Below are positions 9,132 to 18,584 of a stretch of DNA of 64,000 nucleotides, piece by piece. A program made the position numbers and the translations under genes. Positions within the stretch are counted from its first letter, which is position 1; the number at the start of each line of letters is the position of its first letter. The stretch is from Xylophilus ampelinus. GTDB lineage: Bacteria > Pseudomonadota > Gammaproteobacteria > Burkholderiales > Burkholderiaceae_C. Below the pieces are notes generated by a model. The model was not told the DNA's origin and made no database searches. It worked only from the letters and a program-made list of their open reading frames with translations. Where the stretch lies: positions 377,386-441,385 of the forward strand of contig JAQIJO010000002.1 of the NCBI GenBank assembly GCA_036946225.1, written 5' to 3'.

Positions 9132-9594
9132 GGTGGACCGAGAGGGCAAGCCCCTGACCGATCCGAAACGTGCGCACGAAGGCTTCCTGATGCCCATCGG
9201 CGGTCACAAGGGCTATGGCCTCGCCCTTGTCGTGGGCTTGTTGGCAGGAACGCTGCAAGGGGCCGCCATGGGTCGCGACGTCGTCGATTTCAACATCGAC
9301 CACGCGACCCCCACCAACACGGGCCAGGCGATCCTGGTGATCGACTTGGCGGCCTTTGGGGGCGCGGGTCCCTTCAAAGCAGCAGTCGACGCGCTGGTGC
9401 GCGACATCCGCGAGAGCGAGCGCCTGCCCGGCGTTGAGCGCATCTGGCTGCCCGGCGAGCAGAGCCATGGCAAGCGCGAGTCCTACGCCCGCTCGGGCGC
9501 CCCCCTGCCTCCAGCGCTCGTGGAGGAGCTCGACTGCATGGCCGCACGCCTAGGTGTTGAGCCGCTCGAACGTACGGCCCGCGTCGGCGCCTGA
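9132..9594 (+). pseudogene. Ldh_2-family (malate/L-lactate/sulfolactate-type) dehydrogenase, C-terminal ~150 aa only; cut by the IS3 element
   Basis: QVDREGKPLTDPKRAHEGFLMPIGGHKGYGLALVVGLLAGTLQGAAMG...GQAILVIDLAAFG...RLPGVERIWLPGEQSH matches the Ldh_2 C-terminal half. The reading frame begins exactly at the IS end, so the N-terminal ~200 aa are missing. Confidence 0.8.
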
Positions 9595-9638
9595 GGCGTT
9601 GGACGCCTCCTTTCGGACAACACATCAGGAGACACGAC

Positions 9639-10625
9639 ATGAAGACCTTGTTTTTCTCGCCCGCGGCGCGTCGGCTCGCCGCTCTCGTCCTGGCCGCGAC
9701 ACCGGCATTCGCGTCCATGGCGCAGCACGCCTACCCCACGAAACCGATCCAGATGATCATCCCGCTGGCTGCTGGGAGCGCGGTGGACAACGGTGCGCGC
9801 GTGTTGACCCAGCGCATGGGAACCGAGCTAGGCCAAGCCTTCTATCTCGAGAACCAGGCCGGGTCTTCAGGCCTGATCGGCGCCGAGCGGGTCGCGAAAG
9901 CTCCGCCTGACGGCTACACGCTGGGAGGGTTCAACGACAGCGTCCTGACCATGGTGCCCAACATCTACAAGGCGAGCTGGGATCCGCTCACAGACTTCAC
10001 GCCGGTGTCGCTCGTGGGCACGATCGAATGGGGTCTCGTAGTCAAGCCCGACTCACCATACCAGTCGGTCGCCGACTTCATCAAGGCGGCAAAAGCCAGC
10101 CCTGGAAAGCTCAACTACGGCTCCGGAGGCAGCGGCAGCCCGCAACACCTCGCAATGGCGATGTTCGCCAGCAAGACCGGCTTGACCATGACCCATGTGC
10201 CATACAAAGGCGCCACACCTGCCGCCATCGCGGTGGCCGCTGGCGAAGTCGATGCTGCATTCCAAGGTCTAGGCACAGTCACCTCGCTGATCTCAGGTGG
10301 CAAGCTGCGCCTCCTGGCCATCTCCACGCCGCAGAGGCTGCCGCAGTACCCCAACGTGCCGACAGTGGCTGAATCCGGTGTCCCGGATTTCTTGTTCAAC
10401 TCGTGGTTCGCGATCGTAGCTCCCAAGGGCACGCCACAGCCTATCGTCGACAGGCTCTATGCGGCCGTGCGCAAATCGCTCGACGACGCTGATACCCGCA
10501 AACAACTGACCGCACAGGGCATGACCATCCGCGGCACTCCGCCCGCCGAATTCGGCGCGGCTCTCAAGGACCAGTTCGCGCTGTACAAGCAGGTGATCCA
10601 GGCCAACCAGATCAAAGTCGACTGA
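9639..10625 (+). CDS. Bug-family (TctC-like) tripartite tricarboxylate transporter substrate-binding protein
   Basis: Signal peptide MKTLFFSPAARRLAALVLAATPAFASMA, then AYPTKPIQMIIPLAAGSAVDNGARVL..., NYGSGGSGSPQHLAMAMF and THVPYKG. These are hallmark Bug/TctC motifs. Confidence 0.9.
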   Translation: MKTLFFSPAARRLAALVLAATPAFASMAQHAYPTKPIQMIIPLAAGSAVDNGARVLTQRMGTELGQAFYLENQAGSSGLIGAERVAKAPPDGYTLGGFNDSVLTMVPNIYKASWDPLTDFTPVSLVGTIEWGLVVKPDSPYQSVADFIKAAKASPGKLNYGSGGSGSPQHLAMAMFASKTGLTMTHVPYKGATPAAIAVAAGEVDAAFQGLGTVTSLISGGKLRLLAISTPQRLPQYPNVPTVAESGVPDFLFNSWFAIVAPKGTPQPIVDRLYAAVRKSLDDADTRKQLTAQGMTIRGTPPAEFGAALKDQFALYKQVIQANQIKVD

Positions 10626-10724
10626 CCTTATTTCCCGAGCTCGTGATCGCGTTCGCAAGAAACGATGGGCGGGCAATCCGGTCCAGGCCTAGCGACCGCC
10701 CATGCAAGACATCAGGAGTCCTCA

Positions 10725-11123
10725 ATGAACGAAGCCACCATCCTCCGACCATCGACCCTGAAAGCCTACGAGCGCGGCGGCGGCGCCCGCACAATACCGC
10801 TGGTCTCGGCGCGCCTGGGAGCGCAGACGTTCATTAACGGCATCACGGAATTCGGACCCGGCGCGCAGATACCTTGGCACTTCCACAATTGCGAGGAAAG
10901 CGTGATGCTGCTTGAAGGGCGAGCTGTCTTCGACATCGGCGACGATCATCACGATTTGCAGGCCCGGGACACCACGTTCATCCCTGCGGGCGTACCGCAT
11001 CGATTCCGCAACGCCTCCGAGACCGAGGGCATGAAGATCCTGTGGATCTACGGCCGGGTCGACGCCACCCGCACCCTGGTCGCTACCGGCGAAACCCGCT
11101 CAGTCTCGGCCGAGCACGTCTAG
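10725..11123 (+). CDS. cupin domain protein
   Basis: ATG at 10725 preceded by AGGAG. ...PWHFHNCEESVMLLEGRAVFDIGDDHH...TTFIPAGVPHRFRN is a two-motif cupin core. It is a close paralogue of 33602..34015. Confidence 0.8.
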   Translation: MNEATILRPSTLKAYERGGGARTIPLVSARLGAQTFINGITEFGPGAQIPWHFHNCEESVMLLEGRAVFDIGDDHHDLQARDTTFIPAGVPHRFRNASETEGMKILWIYGRVDATRTLVATGETRSVSAEHV

Positions 11124-11163
11124 GCTGGTCCGCGAGCGTTCCCGTCACAAGGAGCCACCAACC

Positions 11164-12303
11164 ATGAGCAACCCGACCACCAGCCGCAGGGCTTTCCTGC
11201 GCAACACCGCCGCCGCGGGCACATCCGTCATCGCCGGTATCGCCCTCGTCGGCTGCGCATCACGCGCGGCGCCGGTCGCGGCTTGGCGGCCTTCGCCCGG
11301 CGATGCATCGGCGGCGCGGGTGCCGGTCGAAGTGGCCGGACGGCGGGTGCGCACCATCGACGTCCACGCCCATTGCTACATCCCGGAGGCGCTGGAGCTG
11401 CTGGGCGCTGTCGAAGCGAAGGCGACCCTGCCGCCGGTGCGGGGCCAACAGCAGCATTTCATCGTCGTGGACGAGAGGCTCGCCGCGATGGACGCCATGG
11501 GCATCGACATGAAGGTGCTGTCGATCAACCCGTTTTGGTACCGTCAAGCGCGCAGTAACGCGGAGTCCATCTGCCGACTGCAGAACGAAAAGCTGGCCGA
11601 ACTCTGCCGGGCACGACCGGACCGATTCGGCGCGTTCGCATCGATCGCGCTGCAGTACCCCGATCTCGCAGTGGCGCAGCTCGACGACGCGGTCCGGCGG
11701 CTGGGCCTGCGGGGCGCAGCCATCGGCGGCAGCGTGGCGGGGGAGGACTTCTCCGCGCCACGCTTCCATCCCGTCTGGGCGAAAGCCGAAGAGCTTGGCG
11801 CGACGCTCTTCATCCATCCTCAGAGTGCGCCCGAGCTAGCGCGACGCTTCAAGGGCAACGGCTGGATGTCCAATGTCATCGGCAACCCGCTCGACACCAC
11901 CATCGCCCTGCAGCACCTGATCTTCGAAGGTGTGCTTGACAAGTTCCCGGGCCTCAAGATCTGCGCCGCCCATGGGGGCGGCTACGTGGGCATGAACGCT
12001 CCGCGCATGGACTTCGGCTGCTACGTGTCGCCCATCAACTGCGATCCGTCCATCGTCTTGAAGAAGCGTCCCAGTGAATACATACGCCAGATGTACTTCG
12101 ATGCGCTGGTGTTCACGCCGGAAGCTCTGCGCCACCTAGTGGCCGAGGTCGGCGCGACCCAGGTGGTGCTGGGCACCGACCACCCCATTCCGTGGGAAAC
12201 CCATCCGGTCGACCACGTGATGCACACGCCTGCGCTGAGCGACGCAGACAGGGAGGCGATCCTGGGCGGCAACGCTGCCCGGATGCTGGGGCTCGACCGC
12301 TGA
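11164..12303 (+). CDS. amidohydrolase_2 (ACMSD/decarboxylase-type metal hydrolase) with a predicted Tat signal and lipobox
   Basis: N-terminus MSNPTTSRRAFLRNTAAAGTSVIAGIALVGCAS has a twin-arginine motif SRRAFLR and the lipobox LVGC. The catalytic-domain motifs are IDVHAHCYIPE, ...AAHGGGY... and LGTDHPIPW. Confidence 0.85.
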   Translation: MSNPTTSRRAFLRNTAAAGTSVIAGIALVGCASRAAPVAAWRPSPGDASAARVPVEVAGRRVRTIDVHAHCYIPEALELLGAVEAKATLPPVRGQQQHFIVVDERLAAMDAMGIDMKVLSINPFWYRQARSNAESICRLQNEKLAELCRARPDRFGAFASIALQYPDLAVAQLDDAVRRLGLRGAAIGGSVAGEDFSAPRFHPVWAKAEELGATLFIHPQSAPELARRFKGNGWMSNVIGNPLDTTIALQHLIFEGVLDKFPGLKICAAHGGGYVGMNAPRMDFGCYVSPINCDPSIVLKKRPSEYIRQMYFDALVFTPEALRHLVAEVGATQVVLGTDHPIPWETHPVDHVMHTPALSDADREAILGGNAARMLGLDR

Positions 12304-12389
12304 ACCGATGCGTCCCGGCAGCCGGGCTGCGCCGGGTGCCGGCGGACCTGCGGCGCCGCGCGTTGGTCCATTACCGGCAACCTAGCCAA

Positions 12390-13184
12390 TCAATAGCGCG
12401 GGCTCTCTCCGCTGCCCAGTTCGGAAACCGGCTGCGCTGCCCGTCTCAGCGCCTGGGTGATGACGCTCGACGCCACCGTAGCGAAGAACCGCGCACCCCA
12501 GGCGCCGTAGCGGGTCTCGTCCGCCGCGTTCATGCCGATGATGCCGGCGCAGGTTCCCGCGCCGGCGATCGCACGCAGGGCCTGCTCGATCACCCGGTCG
12601 ACCTCGGGCGCCTTCCAGTCGCTGCCGAAGCCCATCGAGTGCGACAAGTCGTTGGGGCCGACGAAGACCGCATCCACTCCCTCGACCGCAGCGATCTCGC
12701 CGGCCTGCCCCGCCGCCTCGGCGGTCTCGACCATGACGATCAGCGCCACGCCCTCGTTGCTGCGGCGGGTGTGCTCCACGCCCGGAAATGCCCCGTAACC
12801 GGCGGCACGCGGACTGAAGGCGCTCCCGCGACGCCCCACGCCGGGATAGCGCACCTGCTGCACCAATTCCCGCGCTTCGTCGGCGCTCTGGACCATAGGG
12901 ATCTGGACACCGCTCGCACCCATGTCGAGCACCCTCGCGATGTCCTGCCGCAGACAGCGCACCACCGGTGGGATCCCGCTGGCGCGCGCGGCGCGCAGCA
13001 TGTGCTCGGTGGTGTCGAGCCCGGCGCTGCCGTGCTCGTTGTCGATCAGGATGAAATCGAAGCCCGCATAGGCGCACATCTCAACGATCGCCGGGCTGGG
13101 CAGAGAATTGAAGATGGCGCGCAGTGTTCGGCCGCTGCGCAGCAGGCCCGGCATGCGATCGTCTAGAGGATGGCGGATGTCCAT
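12390..13184 (-). CDS. HpcH/HpaI-family aldolase (2-keto-3-deoxy-acid aldolase type)
   Basis: ...SPAIVEMCAYAGFDFILIDNEHGSAGLDT...VVRCLRQDIARVLDMGASGVQIPMVQSADEAR..VQQVRYPGVGRRG...VMVETAEA...VDAVFVGPNDLSHSMG. Confidence 0.85.
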   Translation of the reverse strand: MDIRHPLDDRMPGLLRSGRTLRAIFNSLPSPAIVEMCAYAGFDFILIDNEHGSAGLDTTEHMLRAARASGIPPVVRCLRQDIARVLDMGASGVQIPMVQSADEARELVQQVRYPGVGRRGSAFSPRAAGYGAFPGVEHTRRSNEGVALIVMVETAEAAGQAGEIAAVEGVDAVFVGPNDLSHSMGFGSDWKAPEVDRVIEQALRAIAGAGTCAGIIGMNAADETRYGAWGARFFATVASSVITQALRRAAQPVSELGSGESPRY

Positions 13185-13215
13185 AGGAAAGCTTTCGTGA
13201 GGGAACCGGGTCGAC

Positions 13216-14223
13216 TCACTCGATGGTGATGCCGTTCGTCTTGATCAGGTCGGCGAATTTGGACGTCTCGGACCGGATGAACGTGCGGAAAGCCTGCGGC
13301 GACATCGGCCGCGGCGTGAAACCCTGCGCGGCCAGGCGTTCGGCCACGGCGGGCAGGCCCAGAACCGCCACGACCTCCGCGTTGAGCCACGAAACGAGCG
13401 GCGCCGGGGTACCGGCCGGAGCCAGCAGCCCGAGCCAAGTCACCGCCTCGAAGCCCGGAACGCCGGATTCGGCCAACGTCGGCAGGTCCGGCCGCAAAGG
13501 GTGGCGATCCACGCTCGTGATGGCCAGCGCGCGTGCCTGTCCGTTTTTCGCGAACGCCAGCGCGGTCGTCATGTTGTCGAACTGCAGGTCAATCTGGTTG
13601 CCTGCCAGGTCGACCAGGGACTGGCTGCTGCCCTTGTAGGGGACGTGCACCGCGCGGGCACCGATGCGGTTGAGCAAAGTGAGCGTGGTCAGGTGCTGCG
13701 AGGTGCCGTTGCCGCTGGTGCCATAGCTCAAAGCATCGGGCTTCGCTTTCAAGACAGCCACCAGCTCCTGCACCGTGCGCGCTCCGGATTTGTTGCTGGC
13801 GAGCAGCACCAGCGGGGTGTCGGCCAGTTCGGTGATCGGCGCGAAATCCTTGTCGACGTCGTAGCCGATCTTCTTCAGCAAGGTCGGGTTCACTGCGAGA
13901 GCGGTCTGCGTGCCGAGCAGCAGGGTCGAACCGTCGGGCTTGGCGCGTGCGACGAACTCGGTGCCGATGCCACCGCCTGCGCCCGGGCGGTTGTCGACGA
14001 TCACCGGAACGCCCCAGCGTTTGCCGAGCTCGTCCGCGACGAGGCGCGCGACGATGTCCGTCGCGCCGCCGGGTGCGAAGGGCACCACGATCGACATTCG
14101 CCCGCCGGTCGGGAATCCTGCGGGGAGCTGGGAGGGCTGGGCGATGGACGGTAGCCCGCACAAGGCCAGCGCGGCGAAAGCCGAAGCGCAGATGGCGCGC
14201 CGACCGAGGGTCGCATTGCTCAT
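13216..14223 (-). CDS. Bug-family (TctC-like) substrate-binding protein
   Basis: Start at MSNATLGRRAICASAFAALALCGLPSIAQ (cat 14221-14223). Motifs: MSIVVPFAPGGATDIVARLV, SYGTSGNGTSQHLTTL and VHVPYKGS. Confidence 0.9.
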   Translation of the reverse strand: MSNATLGRRAICASAFAALALCGLPSIAQPSQLPAGFPTGGRMSIVVPFAPGGATDIVARLVADELGKRWGVPVIVDNRPGAGGGIGTEFVARAKPDGSTLLLGTQTALAVNPTLLKKIGYDVDKDFAPITELADTPLVLLASNKSGARTVQELVAVLKAKPDALSYGTSGNGTSQHLTTLTLLNRIGARAVHVPYKGSSQSLVDLAGNQIDLQFDNMTTALAFAKNGQARALAITSVDRHPLRPDLPTLAESGVPGFEAVTWLGLLAPAGTPAPLVSWLNAEVVAVLGLPAVAERLAAQGFTPRPMSPQAFRTFIRSETSKFADLIKTNGITIE

Positions 14224-14243
14224 GGTGTCTCCTGTTCGCCGCG

Positions 14244-15239
14244 TCATTCGGCCTGGATGCCGGCGTCGCGGATCACCTTGCCCCATTTCGCGATCTCATC
14301 CTTCTGGAAAGCAGCGAAGGCGGCTGTGGGACGCCCGTCGGGCTCGACGCCGAGATTGCGCAGCCTCTCCTGCATATCCGGCAACGCCACGATGGCCGCG
14401 ATCTCGCGTCCGAGCCGATCCACGATGGGCGCGGGCGTCCCGGCCGGGGCGAACACGCCCTGCCACGACTGCATCTCGAAGCTCGGCACGCCTGCCTCGG
14501 CCATCGTCGGCACCCCCGGCAAGCTCGCCAGTCGGCGTGAAGAAGTGACAGCCAATGCCTTGACCCGTTTGCCGTCGATCATCGGGCGCGCCGCGGCCAC
14601 GGTCTCGAACACCATATCGATCTGCCCGCCGACCAGGTCCACCATGGCTTGGGAACCGCCCTTGTAGACGATCTGGCGCATCCGCGTCTTGGCGATGTTC
14701 TGATAGAGCTGGCCGGACAGGTGCTGCGACGTGCCGGGCCCTGCGGTGCCGTAGGTCAGGCTGTCGGGCTTCGCCGTGAGTTCGGCGGTGATCTGCTGGA
14801 CGGTATTGAAGCGGCTGTCCGCAGCCACCACCAGCACGTTGCTCACCGTGCCCACCAGACTCACCGGCACGAAATCCTTGACCTGGTCGTACCCGAGGTT
14901 CTTGTTGAAGAAGGCGTTGACTGCGTGGGTGGTGATGGTGCCGCCCATCAGCGTGTAGCCATCGGGCGCGGCGCGCGCGACCGCCTGGGTTCCGACGATG
15001 CCTGAGACCCCGGGCTTGTTTTCGATCACCACCGGCTGTCCCAGGCGGTCTCCCAGATGCTGCGCCACCAGACGCGCTACGCCGTCCGACACGCCGCCCG
15101 GGGAGAACGGAACGACGAACTTGATCGGCTTATCGGGCCAGGCCGCCGGCTGCGCCAGCGCAGGCAACCCTGTGAGGGACATGGCGGCCAGGAAAAGGAA
15201 TTGCTTGCGTGCGATCACTCTGTTGTCTCCTTCAATCAT
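14244..15239 (-). CDS. Bug-family (TctC-like) substrate-binding protein
   Basis: Signal ...FLFLAAMSLTGLPALAQPAAWPDKPIKFVVPFSPGGVSDGVARLV. Motifs: TYGTAGPGTSQHLSGQL and QIVYKGGS. Confidence 0.9.
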   Translation of the reverse strand: MIEGDNRVIARKQFLFLAAMSLTGLPALAQPAAWPDKPIKFVVPFSPGGVSDGVARLVAQHLGDRLGQPVVIENKPGVSGIVGTQAVARAAPDGYTLMGGTITTHAVNAFFNKNLGYDQVKDFVPVSLVGTVSNVLVVAADSRFNTVQQITAELTAKPDSLTYGTAGPGTSQHLSGQLYQNIAKTRMRQIVYKGGSQAMVDLVGGQIDMVFETVAAARPMIDGKRVKALAVTSSRRLASLPGVPTMAEAGVPSFEMQSWQGVFAPAGTPAPIVDRLGREIAAIVALPDMQERLRNLGVEPDGRPTAAFAAFQKDEIAKWGKVIRDAGIQAE

Positions 15240-15243
15240 CGAA

Positions 15244-16263
15244 TCAGTGCGGCGGGGCGCTGCGCACGGTAGAACGTTCCACGATGCGGCAGGGAATGAC
15301 CGCCTGCCGCGGGGTGCTGTCGTCGCGCATCTGCTCGTGCAGGAGGACTACGGTCGCCTCAACCATGTCCTCCACGCTTTGCACGACGGTGGTGAGCCGG
15401 TAGGCGCCCCAGGCCGCCTGGGGCACGTCGTCGAAGCCGATCACTCCCACGTCCTCCGGCACGTTCAGGCGCAGCTCCTGGCGCAGCACGTCCAGCGCGG
15501 CGATCGCCATATGGTCGTTCGCGACGAAGAGCGCATCCGGTTTCTCGTGTCGAGCGAACAGGCCCCGGGTCGCTTCCTGGGCCCGGTCGAAGTCGTAATG
15601 GCCGACGGCACGGTCGAAGGCGGCGATCCCCGCGTCCGCCAGCGCCGCACGGAAGCCGCGTTCGCGCTCCTGGTTGGTCGACGAGTTCTCGAGCCCGGCC
15701 ACGAACGCGATGCGGCGGTAGCCGCGCGCGAGCAGCAGCTCCGCCGCCATGCGGCCGCCCCGGTAATTGTCGGAAGTCACCGAGCTGGTGCCGCGTTCGC
15801 CGGACGCAGAGACCTGGGGCACCCGGTTGAACATCACCACCGGCACGCCCATGTCCGCGCACCGCCGCGCAAGGTCCTGCGAGAGCATCGCCGACGCCAT
15901 CACCACCGCATCGACCTGGTATTGCAGGATCTCCGACAGCGCGCCGTCGGCATCCTCGGAGCCGGTGATGAACATCAGCACGTGGTAGCCCTGCTTCTGC
16001 AGCTTCTGCGAGAGCTTCTCGATCACGAGCGGGTAGAACTGGTTCTCCAGGTAGCCCATCACCAACGCGATGATCTGGCTGCGCCGGGTGATCAGGCTGC
16101 GCGCCAAGGCGTTGGGCCGGTAGCCGAGCGCCTTGGCCGCCGCCAGGACGCGCGCCCGGGTGTCCTCCGACACGCTCGCCCCCGGGGTGAAGGTGCGGCT
16201 CACCGCCGATTGCGACACCTTCGCCAGATCGGCGACGGCGTGCGCGGTGGCCTTCGCCCTCAC
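15244..16263 (-). CDS. LacI-family transcriptional regulator
   Basis: A GTG start at 16263 overlaps the upstream SDR stop (GTGA). [62 protein letters not shown] is a LacI HTH, followed by a periplasmic-binding-protein-like core. The rest of ORF 15244..16803 lies in the frame of another gene's antisense. Confidence 0.85.
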   Translation of the reverse strand: MRAKATAHAVADLAKVSQSAVSRTFTPGASVSEDTRARVLAAAKALGYRPNALARSLITRRSQIIALVMGYLENQFYPLVIEKLSQKLQKQGYHVLMFITGSEDADGALSEILQYQVDAVVMASAMLSQDLARRCADMGVPVVMFNRVPQVSASGERGTSSVTSDNYRGGRMAAELLLARGYRRIAFVAGLENSSTNQERERGFRAALADAGIAAFDRAVGHYDFDRAQEATRGLFARHEKPDALFVANDHMAIAALDVLRQELRLNVPEDVGVIGFDDVPQAAWGAYRLTTVVQSVEDMVEATVVLLHEQMRDDSTPRQAVIPCRIVERSTVRSAPPH

Positions 16264-17027
16264 GCGGCGCTCCAGCCGCCGTCCAGCATCAGGGCGCTGC
16301 CGGTCATCAGGCTGGAGGCGTCGCTGGCCAGGAACACCACCGCGCCCATGACCTCCTCCACGCGGCCGAGCCGGCCGAGGGCGATGCGCTCGACCACCCA
16401 CCGCCAGAAGTCCGGATCGGCGAACATGCCGGCGGTCATCGCGGTCTCGATGAAGGTCGGGCAAATGGTGTTGACGCGGATGCCGGCGCCTCCCAGTTCC
16501 CAGGCGAGGGCCTTGGTCATACCCTCGACCGCGTGCTTGCTGGCGCAATAGAGCGAGCGGCGCGGGGAGCCGACCACGCCCATCTGGGACGAGATGTTGA
16601 TGATCGATCCGGGTAGCCCAGCAGCGAGCAAACGCCGGACCGCCGCCCGGGTGACGTAGAGGGTCGCCTTGACGTTGAGATCGAAGACCGCGTCGATGTC
16701 GTCGTCCTGCACCTCGACCAACATCTTGGGGCGGTTGAGCCCCGCGTTGTTGACGAGGATCTGGAACGGCGCCATGCGCGCCATCACCGCGTCCACCGCG
16801 CAAGGATCTGTCACGTCCAGCACGACGAAGTCAGCCGTCGCGCCATGGACGCGTAGCTGCTCGCAGGCCGCCTGGAGCTCGGATTCCGACCGAGCCGCCA
16901 GGGTGACCGCCGCACCGGCTTGCGCCAAGGCTGCGGCGGCCGCCAGGCCGATCCCCCGGCCGGCGCCGGTGACGAGCGCATGGCGGCCATCCACACGGAA
17001 ACTGGGCGCGGAGGGCAACGCGCTCAT
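16260..17027 (-). CDS. short-chain dehydrogenase/reductase (SDR)
   Basis: [34 protein letters not shown] carries TGxxxGIG. NNAG and the [13 protein letters not shown] (YxxxK) motif are also present. The start overlaps the upstream stop (ATGA). Confidence 0.9.
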   Translation of the reverse strand: MSALPSAPSFRVDGRHALVTGAGRGIGLAAAAALAQAGAAVTLAARSESELQAACEQLRVHGATADFVVLDVTDPCAVDAVMARMAPFQILVNNAGLNRPKMLVEVQDDDIDAVFDLNVKATLYVTRAAVRRLLAAGLPGSIINISSQMGVVGSPRRSLYCASKHAVEGMTKALAWELGGAGIRVNTICPTFIETAMTAGMFADPDFWRWVVERIALGRLGRVEEVMGAVVFLASDASSLMTGSALMLDGGWSAA

Positions 17028-18358
17028 GCCGACGCCGCGGTCTCGCGCGGCTGCACCGGTTCGTACCACGCCAGGTCCGGGCGGTCGCCGTAGCGGCGCA
17101 CCCGCAGGTTGGCTTGCTCCCCGTGGCCCGAGAAGTTCTCCATGTGGCTGAGGCGCGAGCAGTATTCCCCCATGGTGGCGCTGGCCTCGTCCGTCAGCAC
17201 CCGCTGGTAGGTGCAGGTCTTCAGGAACTTGCCGACCCACAATCCGCCGGTGTAGCGGGCTGCCCGCTTGGTGGGCAGCGTGTGGTTGGTGCCGATCACC
17301 TTGTCGCCGTACGCGACGTTCGTGCGCTCGCCCAGGAACAGGCAGCCGTAGTTGGTCATGTTGCGCAGGAACCAGTCCGCGTCGCGGGTCAGCACCTGGA
17401 CATGCTCGAAAGCCAGCTCGTCCGCCTTCTGCAGCATCTCCTCGCGGGTGTCGCAGACGATAACTTCGCCGTATTGCTCCCAGCTCACCGACGCGATCGC
17501 CGCGGTCGGGAGGACAGTGAGTTGCCGCTGCACCTCAGCGAGGGTTTCCTGCGCGAGCCGCTCGCTGGTGGTCAGCAGGATCGACGGCGAAGTCGGCCCG
17601 TGCTCGGCTTGGCCGAGCAGGTCCACCGCGCACATCTCCGCATCGACGCTTTCGTCGGCGATGACCAGCGTCTCGGTGGGGCCCGCGAAGAGGTCTATGC
17701 CGACGCGTCCGTAGAGCTGCCGCTTGGCTTCCGCCACATACATGTTGCCCGGGCCGACCAGCATGTCGACCGGCCGGATGCTGGCGGTGCCCACCGCCAT
17801 GGCGACGACCGCCTGCACGCCTCCGAGCACCAGGATCTCGTCGGCGCCCGCCATCGACATCGCGGTGACGATGGCCGGATGGGGCGCGCCCTGGTACGGC
17901 GGCGCGGTGGCGACGATCCGCTTCACGCCGGCGACCTTGGCGGTCAACACACTCATGTGCGCTGAGGCGATCATGGGGTACTTGCCCCCCGGGATGTAGC
18001 AGCCGACCGCTTCGACCGGGATGTGGCGGTGGCCCAGGACCACGCCGGGGTGGGTTTCGACTTCGACGTCCTGCATGGAGTCGCGCTGGATCTGGGCGAA
18101 GTTGCGGATCTGGCGCTGGGCGAACGCGATGTCCTCGATTTCGCGACCGGACAGGCTCCGGCGTGCTCGGTCGATGGCGTCGTGCGACAGCTTGAAGTCC
18201 TCGGGATCCCAATTATCGAATTGACGACTGTACTGCCGCACGGCCGTGTCGCCCTGCGCTTCGACCGTCTTGATGATGTCTTCGACCGTCGCCCGGACCT
18301 TGGTGTCGTCCTCGGCGCGAATTTGCGCATCCTTGCTGCGTTTCAGGTATTTGATCAT
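17024..18358 (-). CDS. histidinol dehydrogenase-family (HisD-like) NAD-dependent dehydrogenase paralogue
   Basis: [10 protein letters not shown]...[22 protein letters not shown]...[28 protein letters not shown]...[16 protein letters not shown]...[13 protein letters not shown]...AGPTE...QAEHGP... has HisD-fold motifs. The context is catabolic rather than histidine biosynthesis. Confidence 0.85.
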   Translation of the reverse strand: MIKYLKRSKDAQIRAEDDTKVRATVEDIIKTVEAQGDTAVRQYSRQFDNWDPEDFKLSHDAIDRARRSLSGREIEDIAFAQRQIRNFAQIQRDSMQDVEVETHPGVVLGHRHIPVEAVGCYIPGGKYPMIASAHMSVLTAKVAGVKRIVATAPPYQGAPHPAIVTAMSMAGADEILVLGGVQAVVAMAVGTASIRPVDMLVGPGNMYVAEAKRQLYGRVGIDLFAGPTETLVIADESVDAEMCAVDLLGQAEHGPTSPSILLTTSERLAQETLAEVQRQLTVLPTAAIASVSWEQYGEVIVCDTREEMLQKADELAFEHVQVLTRDADWFLRNMTNYGCLFLGERTNVAYGDKVIGTNHTLPTKRAARYTGGLWVGKFLKTCTYQRVLTDEASATMGEYCSRLSHMENFSGHGEQANLRVRRYGDRPDLAWYEPVQPRETAASA

Positions 18359-18394
18359 CGGATTTGAAAATTTAGCTGTTGGAAAAAATTGGCA

Positions 18395-18408
18395 TGCATA
18401 CGGTTGCA
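18395..18408. promoter_or_regulatory. second, degenerate copy of the candidate LacI operator (TGCATACGGTTGCA)
   Basis: It shares TGCATACG and the terminal TGCA with the perfect site 34 bp downstream, with two mismatches to perfect dyad symmetry. Confidence 0.4.
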
Positions 18409-18428
18409 CGCCCTTAATTTGAGTTCCA

Positions 18429-18442
18429 TGCATACGTATGCA
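18429..18442. promoter_or_regulatory. candidate LacI-family operator, perfect 14-bp palindrome TGCATACGTATGCA
   Basis: Perfect dyad with a central CG, matching the general LacI/GalR operator pattern TGnnAnCGnTnnCA. It lies in the AT-rich divergent region between the HisD-like operon, which contains the LacI gene, and the CoA-transferase operon. Confidence 0.55.
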
Positions 18443-18584
18443 AACAGGGTTTTCCCTATGAATGGCGTTGTTGCATAGCTACTTGAGACAAACCCTATAT
18501 CCCAAACATAGTGTTGACACTTAAATTTTAAAAGAAAACACTAAGAGAGATGGAGTTTACAACCTTAGCAATTTGAAAGGCTCT

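Noticed and set aside
18391-18408. Sigma-54-like promoter TTGGCATGCATACGGTTGCA
   Set aside because: The GG and GC doublets are 15 nt apart instead of the required 12. There is no enhancer-binding protein gene nearby. The sequence is better explained as a degenerate copy of the LacI-type palindrome.
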